NCBI GenBank assembly: GCA_047833665.1
Contig: CP181261.1
Location: forward strand, 2,170,889 to 2,234,888
Source: Clostridium sp.
GTDB taxonomy: Bacteria > Bacillota > Clostridia > Oscillospirales > Acutalibacteraceae
Direction: 5' to 3'
Length of the DNA: 64,000 bases
Below the pieces are notes generated by a model, which saw only the letters and a program-made list of their open reading frames with translations, was not told the origin of the DNA and did no database searches. Shown piece after piece: positions 56,939 through 64,000 of the stretch. Numbering within the stretch: position 1 is the stretch's first letter; each line of letters begins with the position of its first letter. Both the position numbers and the translations under genes were made by a program.

Positions 56939-58600
56939 CTATTTGGTTTCCACCGGAATACCTTCACTTTCCGCTTTCTGCACAAGCTGGACAAGCGGAT
57001 CATCTTCTGGGTTTTCCTGCTTTGGCTTACGGTACGGACCAAGGCTGTAAGTTCTCCCGGTCACCTGCTGAATAACCCTGCGCATATTTTCGCGCTGTTC
57101 GGGTCTTCTCAGCAATCGAAAAGCAATCTCATTCGGGGCATCTATCAAAACGTAATCCCCGCTGATATAAGCGGTCGAACCATTAAATGCCGCCGCGATG
57201 GTATGGGAATAAGTTTTCAACAACTCCAATATTTCAGGCCATTGATCCAGTTTTTTCGCGTTGGTTCTCAACTTTCCAAGCACTTGCTCCGGATCAGCAG
57301 ATGCTGATGTATCTTTTTTCGAACTGCCCGGATTAGTTTGTGCCACACTGCCTGCAGCGCCTGCAGCAACCGGCTTTTCATCCTGTAAAGATGAGTTGGA
57401 ACGGCTGCGTGCTGTATCTGCGGCACTGTTGGATGACATCGGGGTTTGAGCAACCGGCATTCCACGCTCTAATGCCTCGATACGCCTAACCAATGCCTGC
57501 GGGGAAGAATCCAACTGCGGTGAGCAAAGGCGCATCATGGCAAGTTCAAACTCAATTCGCCGATCCCCACCTCGAAACATTTTTTCCAGCGTTGCTTGAA
57601 GCGCATCAATCGCGTGCAGCACCGTTGACATCGGAATCGAGCGCGCTTGTTCAGTTAATTCTTTATACTCCGCATCGGTCACAGCAAGAAGCGCGCGGGG
57701 ATTCTTCATCGTTTTAATCAGCATTAGGCTGCGAAAATGAGAGGAAAGTTCTTCACACAGTCTAGCCATATCCTTAGAGGATGAATGAAGCTGGTCGATT
57801 ATTTCCAGCGCAGCCGCACTGTCTTGGCAACGCACCGCATCCGCCAGACGAAACAGGTGTTCACGGCCGACCAAACCGGCTGTTTCCACCACGACATCTT
57901 CGGTCACATTTTTGGAATGCCCAAAGCACTGGTCTAAAATGGAAAGCGCATCACGCAGGGCGCCATCCGCTAATCTAGCAATCAGCAGTGCAGCCTGCGG
58001 GTCGATGGATGCCTCTTCATGCTCCGCTACAAACGCGAGCCGTGCAGCAATATCCTGCGGAGGAATGCGGTTAAAATCAAACCGCTGACACCGCGACAAA
58101 ATTGTGGCGGGCAGCTTATGCACCTCAGTGGTTGCAAGAATAAAAATCACGTGCGGCGGCGGTTCTTCCAGCGTTTTAAGCAGAGCATTAAACGCGCCGA
58201 CGGAAAGCATGTGGACTTCGTCAATGATATAGACTCTGTATTTGGCAGCGGCAGGCGTAAAGTTTGCCTCTTCCCGCAGAGTACGGATGCTGTCCACACC
58301 ATTGTTAGAGGCAGCGTCTATTTCAACGATATCCATAACTGAACCTTCGTCGATTCCGCGGCAGATTTCACATTTCCCGCAGGGATCTCCATCGTTCGGG
58401 TGCAGGCAGTTAACCGCTTTGGCAAGTATCTTTGCGCATGTGGTTTTTCCGGTGCCTCTGGAACCGGTGAACAGATATGCATGTGCAATCCGACCGGCAG
58501 TCAGTTCGTTTTTCAGTGTTGTTGTAACCTGCGGTTGCCCAACCACATCTGAAAAAGTTTTCGGTCTCCACTTTCTGTACAGCACCTGATACATGCCCAT
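56939..58600 (-). CDS. dnaX: DNA polymerase III subunit gamma/tau
   Basis: YRKWRPKTF, Walker A GSRGTGKTT, zinc module CGKCEICRGI, and IIDEVHML. An ATG at 58594 is an alternative start. Confidence 0.92.
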   Translation of the reverse strand: MGMYQVLYRKWRPKTFSDVVGQPQVTTTLKNELTAGRIAHAYLFTGSRGTGKTTCAKILAKAVNCLHPNDGDPCGKCEICRGIDEGSVMDIVEIDAASNNGVDSIRTLREEANFTPAAAKYRVYIIDEVHMLSVGAFNALLKTLEEPPPHVIFILATTEVHKLPATILSRCQRFDFNRIPPQDIAARLAFVAEHEEASIDPQAALLIARLADGALRDALSILDQCFGHSKNVTEDVVVETAGLVGREHLFRLADAVRCQDSAAALEIIDQLHSSSKDMARLCEELSSHFRSLMLIKTMKNPRALLAVTDAEYKELTEQARSIPMSTVLHAIDALQATLEKMFRGGDRRIEFELAMMRLCSPQLDSSPQALVRRIEALERGMPVAQTPMSSNSAADTARSRSNSSLQDEKPVAAGAAGSVAQTNPGSSKKDTSASADPEQVLGKLRTNAKKLDQWPEILELLKTYSHTIAAAFNGSTAYISGDYVLIDAPNEIAFRLLRRPEQRENMRRVIQQVTGRTYSLGPYRKPKQENPEDDPLVQLVQKAESEGIPVETK

Positions 58601-58617
58601 TCACCGCCCCCAAAAAC

Positions 58618-58828
58618 GGAAAGCAAGACAGGCCGCAATTCCACGGCGCTCATGCGATTGGATATGCGGACGAACAGACCGACTGCATCGCACGGGGCAA
58701 CTCCGCTTAATGCTGCTCGGTTCCCCGCCTGACATGGTTCACGGCGCCCCGCCGCACAGAGCCCGCCCGACCGCATATCCTATCGCACGCATTCTCTGCC
58801 TTGCTTTTTCCTGCGTGTGTAAAGGTCG
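58618..58828 (-). ncRNA. ffs: signal recognition particle RNA (ffs/scRNA)
   Basis: The minus strand reads ..GTGAACCATGTCAGGCGGGGAACCGAGCAGCATTAAGCGGAG.., the SRP domain-IV-type GTCAGG..GGAA..AGCAGC motif. A long closing helix forms between GCGTGCGATAGGATATGCGG and CCGCATATCCAATCGCATGAGC. A promoter (-35 TTGTCT, 17 nt, -10 TATAAT) lies at 58836-58864. The position upstream of dnaX is the conserved one. Ends are approximate. Confidence 0.75.
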
Positions 58829-59048
58829 TACCGATATTATACCCTATTTCTGCTGAAAAGACAACCTAATTTTTTTGGATTTTCCATCTAACAAATGTTT
58901 CTTGGATAAACGTAAGCCGATATCCGTCTTGAAAGTAATCTCCCGCATCGGAAACTGACAGTTTGACATCCTGTTACTTCTCTTCTCTCTCCTCTGCATA
59001 ACCTGAAAAACAAGCAGCGGATGGACAAAAGAAGGAAATATTTTGTGT

Positions 59049-59098
59049 TTGACAAAATGATAAAACCCCAGTATCTTTTATTTAGATATTCATCTAAA
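59049..59098 (+). promoter_or_regulatory. promoter plus palindromic candidate operator of the ArsR/SdpR-like gene
   Basis: -35 TTGACA (59049-59054), 17-nt spacer, -10 TATCTT (59072-59077). The palindrome TTTAGATATTCATCTAAA (59081-59098) runs into the start codon. Confidence 0.5.
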
Positions 59099-59403
59099 TG
59101 ATTGGGCGTGAAAACTTGCCAATTGCGAATACGTTTAAAGCACTGTCTGACCCAACAAGGCGTGCGATTCTAAATCTCCTGCGGGAACGTCCCCTGCCGG
59201 CCGGCGAAATTGCAGCTCATTTTTCCATGACCGGCGCGACCGTTTCGCATCATCTTGCAGTTTTAAAAGAAGCCGGACTAATTTCCGACCGGCACGAGGG
59301 AAAATATATTTATTACGAACTGAATCTTTCGGTCTTTGAAGAAGTTCTCAGCTGGGTTCAGCAATTTTTAAATCAGAAAGAAGAATCGGAACATGAAAAT
59401 TAA
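59098..59403 (+). CDS. ArsR/SdpR-family transcriptional repressor
   Basis: LSDPTRRAILNLL...GATVSHHLAVLKEAGLI winged-HTH motif. Confidence 0.85.
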   Translation: MIGRENLPIANTFKALSDPTRRAILNLLRERPLPAGEIAAHFSMTGATVSHHLAVLKEAGLISDRHEGKYIYYELNLSVFEEVLSWVQQFLNQKEESEHEN

Positions 59404-60028
59404 AAAAAGCACAATGCTCTACTGGATTGCCGCTGTCCTGCCGTTTTTGATTTCTGCCGTTTTTTACACCAGCGTTCCTGAACAAATCGCCGTACACTGG
59501 AACGCAAATGGAACCGCGGACGGCTACAGCTCCAAGGCATTTGCCCTGTTCGGCTTGCCTGCAATGATGTTAGCAATCACCATACTAGTCAATGTCATGC
59601 TGGAAATCGACCCCCGCAAGCAAAACATCGACCGCTCCCCTAAAATGAAACGCACAGCACAGTGGTTTATAGTCATCCTTGCGAATATTTTAAATCTTCT
59701 TATCATTCTATACGCATTAAACGTAAAATTTAATATGAGTATGGCTGTTATCTCCATTGTGGGAGTCGGAATTGCCCTCATTGGGAATTATCTTCCAAAA
59801 TGCAAGTTCAATTATACCATGGGTATCCGTGTGCCGTGGACACTGGCAAGTGAGGACAACTGGCGCAAAACGCACCGCATGGCAGGCCCTGTTTGGGTTG
59901 TGGGCGGAATTCTTATTGTATTTTCCGGTCTGCTGAATCTGCTGTGGATGCTGTATGCCGCACTGGTTCTTCTGATTTTTGTTCCGATTATATATTCCTA
60001 TGTTCTTTCAGTTCGGGAAAACCGATAA
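59393..60028 (+). CDS. SdpI/YhfL-family membrane protein (DUF1648 + SdpI-like)
   Basis: 211 aa, multi-TM. Overlaps the repressor gene by 11 nt, the typical sdpR-sdpI arrangement. Confidence 0.7.
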   Translation: MKIKKSTMLYWIAAVLPFLISAVFYTSVPEQIAVHWNANGTADGYSSKAFALFGLPAMMLAITILVNVMLEIDPRKQNIDRSPKMKRTAQWFIVILANILNLLIILYALNVKFNMSMAVISIVGVGIALIGNYLPKCKFNYTMGIRVPWTLASEDNWRKTHRMAGPVWVVGGILIVFSGLLNLLWMLYAALVLLIFVPIIYSYVLSVRENR

Positions 60029-60076
60029 GAAAAAGCGTGCTGATCCACCTTTCCCGGGCTCTCATCGTATGTTATA

Positions 60077-60679
60077 ATGAAGACAAGAAACGACAAAAAA
60101 GGCGGCGATTGTTTGTATCAAACTTGGGAAGAACTGGAACGTGCATGTCTTGCCTGCACCAAATGTGGTCTGTGCGAAGGGCGTACCAATGTTGTATTCG
60201 GCACAGGGAACCGGAATGCCAAAGTGCTGTTTGTCGGGGAAGGCCCGGGTGAACAAGAAGACTTGCAGGGACAAGCATTTGTCGGCCGAAGCGGACAGCT
60301 TTTAGACAAATTGCTGGATGCGGTGGACCTCAGCCGTGATAAAAATATTTTTATCGCAAACATTGTGAAATGCCGGCCGCCGAAAAACCGCGACCCTCTG
60401 CCGCAGGAACAGGAACAATGCATCGGCTGGCTGCGCAATCAAGTTTGGCTGATGCGTCCAAAAATCATAGTCTGTCTGGGCAGGATTGCCGCTGCGAAGC
60501 TAATCCGTCCGGATTTTAAAATTATGAAAGAACACGGATTGTTTACCGAAAAAAATGGTGTTCTGATGATGGCAACACTCCACCCTGCTGCCTTGCTACG
60601 GAATCCAAACAACAAACCTGCAGCATTTGAGGATTTTCTCGGACTGCGGAAGAAAATGGATGAACTTGGGATTGAATAG
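60077..60679 (+). CDS. family-4 uracil-DNA glycosylase
   Basis: Cys cluster CLACTKCGLC, the GEGPGEQED motif, and HPAALLRNP. Confidence 0.85.
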   Translation: MKTRNDKKGGDCLYQTWEELERACLACTKCGLCEGRTNVVFGTGNRNAKVLFVGEGPGEQEDLQGQAFVGRSGQLLDKLLDAVDLSRDKNIFIANIVKCRPPKNRDPLPQEQEQCIGWLRNQVWLMRPKIIVCLGRIAAAKLIRPDFKIMKEHGLFTEKNGVLMMATLHPAALLRNPNNKPAAFEDFLGLRKKMDELGIE

Positions 60680-60761
60680 CAAATCCTAAGTCTACGGGCA
60701 TACCCATTTTCCTATGCTGAATTCTCCACTGCAAAAGAACTACACAAAAAACAGCAATGCG

Positions 60762-60802
60762 CGGCAGCTGCCCTAGAAAAATAGCTGCCGTGCTGTATTT
60801 TC
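60762..60802 (+). terminator. terminator after the UDG gene
   Basis: Stem cggcagct / agctgccg followed by tgctgtattttc. Confidence 0.5.
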
Positions 60803-60841
60803 ATAGGTTTAACACACCTGTGCACAGAATATTATAAAAAA

Positions 60842-60887
60842 ACACACCCCCAACTTAAAGCACCAAGCTTTAAGAAAGGGGGTGTGT
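60842..60887 (-). terminator. rho-independent terminator of gap
   Basis: Stem acacaccccc / gggggtgtgt. On the minus strand it is followed by a T7 run (plus-strand aaaaaaa at 60835-60841). Confidence 0.75.
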
Positions 60888-60916
60888 TTATTCAGCATCA
60901 GGTACAAAAATCAAAC

Positions 60917-61939
<1,023 letters not shown>

Positions 61940-62042
61940 CTACCTCCTAAAGTTTTCAGATGTTCTGTCTCTTTATTATTTTATTACATTGTAACTGCTT
62001 TTACAAGCTTTTTTGATAATCTTTTAACTAGACCTTTTTATC

Positions 62043-63053
62043 CTACGATTCTTCCTTAGAATAAAACGGACTTGGAAGTACACTAGTGAATGTTCTACCA
62101 CTTCCGCAAACTTTGCTTAAAAAGCCCACATACTCGGCAAGGTCATCGTTCTCTTCTTGTACTTTGCATTCCATATTATCCGACTTTTCTCCCTGCTGAT
62201 CAATAACAGGCGGAGAAATTATTTTATCTGAAACCTTTTTTTCCTCAGCAGGACATATTTTCTGAATTGCAAAAAGAAAAGCGAGTATATAAAACGCTAG
62301 TACGATATTTGCCATATGCATACCGATTGAGACAATACCGGCTGTCTTGCCAATGCTAAAAAACTGGATACAGCTTGGCACACCTGTTACCAATGCCAGC
62401 AGCGCCGCGGGGAACCCTACCATGTAAATCATTTTGCCGCTTTTAGTACTTTCTATACCTGTGAGCAATTTTGCCTGCGTAAACAGGAATAAAAGCAGGA
62501 AAATGACCGTAAATGTATGGTAGACGTTCTCCGGAAGATTAACGATTGCCGAGTAGGTGATGAACATAACTACAAGAAAAAAACAACCCCAAACAGATGG
62601 AAGCAGCGCCAAAAACGGCCGATTGCCCACAATACGCGAACCCACAGCAAAATCATAGGCCATCATTATCAGTACAACACCGGCCATTATCCCTGTCACA
62701 GAAAAAATTCGGTAAAAAATTAATACTCCGCCCAACAATTCTGTACCAAGCCCCACAATAGACTGCACCACCACAAAGGTACCCGCCAAAGCGCCCAAAG
62801 CAGCTGTGGGAATACTTTTAAGCGGCTGTGTGCCAAATCCCTCGTTTTCTTGATTTCGGGCTGCAAAATAGGCTGTCAGAATAATTCCGGCAAACAGCAA
62901 AATGGATGCCATACCAACCATTCGGCCACCGTCCGAATAAAAACCGGTCTCAGGGTCCAGATATTGGAGCATTGCAAAAATTCTAATCGGAAGCACAAGA
63001 ATCACAGTTGCCCAAAAGGCGATCCAGGCCCGCTTCATGTTGGTTTCCTCCAA
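62043..63053 (-). CDS. polytopic membrane protein of unknown function
   Basis: 336 aa with about 8 hydrophobic helices and a soluble acidic C-terminal tail. No recognisable motif. Confidence 0.6.
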   Translation of the reverse strand: MEETNMKRAWIAFWATVILVLPIRIFAMLQYLDPETGFYSDGGRMVGMASILLFAGIILTAYFAARNQENEGFGTQPLKSIPTAALGALAGTFVVVQSIVGLGTELLGGVLIFYRIFSVTGIMAGVVLIMMAYDFAVGSRIVGNRPFLALLPSVWGCFFLVVMFITYSAIVNLPENVYHTFTVIFLLLFLFTQAKLLTGIESTKSGKMIYMVGFPAALLALVTGVPSCIQFFSIGKTAGIVSIGMHMANIVLAFYILAFLFAIQKICPAEEKKVSDKIISPPVIDQQGEKSDNMECKVQEENDDLAEYVGFLSKVCGSGRTFTSVLPSPFYSKEES

Positions 63054-63063
63054 ACACTATATT

Positions 63064-64000
63064 CTATGTTCTTTGATCAATGGGCACATAAGGAACATTT
63101 TTGGATAAAGAACGATATGCAGGACGCATGATGCGGCCACATGTCTCCATTTCCTCTATGCGATGCGCACACCAACCCGCAATTCTCGATACAGCAAACA
63201 GCGGCGTATACAAATCGCTTGGAATACCCAGCATTTCATAAACAAGACCTGAATAAAAATCGACATTTGCGCACATAACTTTCTGTTTTCCGGTCACCTT
63301 GGCAAAAACTTCCGGTGCAAGGCGCTCTACTCGCTCAAAAAGATCGAATTGTTCCTTCATGCCCCGTTTATCAGCTAATTTTTTCGCTTGGTTTTTCAGT
63401 ATGACAGCACGCGGGTCGGACAAAGTATATACCGCATGTCCAATTCCATACAGCAAGCCGGAATAATCCGGCACTTGCCGACGAAGTATTTTCCCCAGAT
63501 AATGGGCCACTTCATCATCATCTTTCCAATCTTTTACACCTTCCATTAACCCGCGCATCATCATCATGACCCTATGATTTGCGCCACCGTGACGCGGACC
63601 TTTCAGCGAACCTATTGCCGCGCTGATTGCAGAATAAATATCTGTTCCCGTAGAAGAAAGAACACGAGTTGTAAAGGTGGAGTTATTGCCTCCTCCGTGT
63701 TCCGCATGTACCATCATACAAATGTCAAGCAACTTCGCTTCCTCATCCGTGAACGATTGATCCGGGCGAATTGCATTCAGAATAGATTCTGCAGTAGAAT
63801 GGTTCGGATTCAGCGGATGGAAGTACATGCTTTCTTTGTCAAAATGTCTGCGCTTGACTTGATAAGCATATGTCATGATAGTGGGAAGGCGTGCAATCAA
63901 CTGAATTGCCTGACGCATGTTATTCTCCAGGGAAGGATTGTCCGGATCTTTATCATAGGAATACAGTGCCAAAACAGAACGTGCAAGTTTATTCATCACA
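63064..64000 (-). CDS. citrate synthase family protein (N-terminus beyond the window)
   Basis: HAEHGGGNNSTF, PRHGGANH and GIGHAVY motifs. The ORF is open to the window edge. Confidence 0.85.
   Translation of the reverse strand, partial: VMNKLARSVLALYSYDKDPDNPSLENNMRQAIQLIARLPTIMTYAYQVKRRHFDKESMYFHPLNPNHSTAESILNAIRPDQSFTDEEAKLLDICMMVHAEHGGGNNSTFTTRVLSSTGTDIYSAISAAIGSLKGPRHGGANHRVMMMMRGLMEGVKDWKDDDEVAHYLGKILRRQVPDYSGLLYGIGHAVYTLSDPRAVILKNQAKKLADKRGMKEQFDLFERVERLAPEVFAKVTGKQKVMCANVDFYSGLVYEMLGIPSDLYTPLFAVSRIAGWCAHRIEEMETCGRIMRPAYRSLSKNVPYVPIDQRT

Overview
Firmicutes/Clostridia-type chromosomal window (taxonomy is inferred from gene content only). It alternates between conserved housekeeping blocks and a heavily IS-invaded accessory region. 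Housekeeping blocks: sugar transferase, M23 peptidase and UbiB-like kinase (0.6-4.4 kb); tRNA-Leu (6.8 kb); a 13-gene minus-strand Opp plus peptidase operon that looks like peptidoglycan stem-peptide salvage (9.7-22.2 kb); smpB-ssrA, recR-ybaB-dnaX-ffs, sdpR/sdpI-like pair, family-4 UDG, gap and a partial citrate synthase (55-64 kb). Accessory region (22.8-55 kb): at least five IS types (IS256-like, a second IS256-family type, IS30, IS3-family, ISL3, and a 1063-bp rve/IS481-like element in three identical copies), many of them relics or nested. It also holds an IS30-disrupted ABC transporter, decayed secreted-protein genes, and a LacI-controlled starch/maltodextrin locus with two GH13 enzymes and an ABC importer. 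The most interesting item is a six-gene, translationally coupled minus-strand operon at 29197-37586. It encodes two dynamin-like GTPases, a Gly/Ala-zipper membrane protein, a ~1100-aa membrane-anchored HerA/FtsK-type ATPase, a small PD-(D/E)xK-like nuclease and a 98-aa partner. IS debris brackets it, and a 16-bp perfect inverted-repeat pair lies just upstream. I know of no named system with this combination, so I propose it as a candidate undescribed defence/conflict system. Other points: the rve-type IS makes 26-27-bp target duplications and sits as a tandem pair upstream of tRNA-Leu, and the ssrA 3' end plus its flank is duplicated 13 kb away next to IS3 fragments. No CRISPR array and no rRNA were seen. 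All calls come from reading the sequence and ORF translations; no database search was run.
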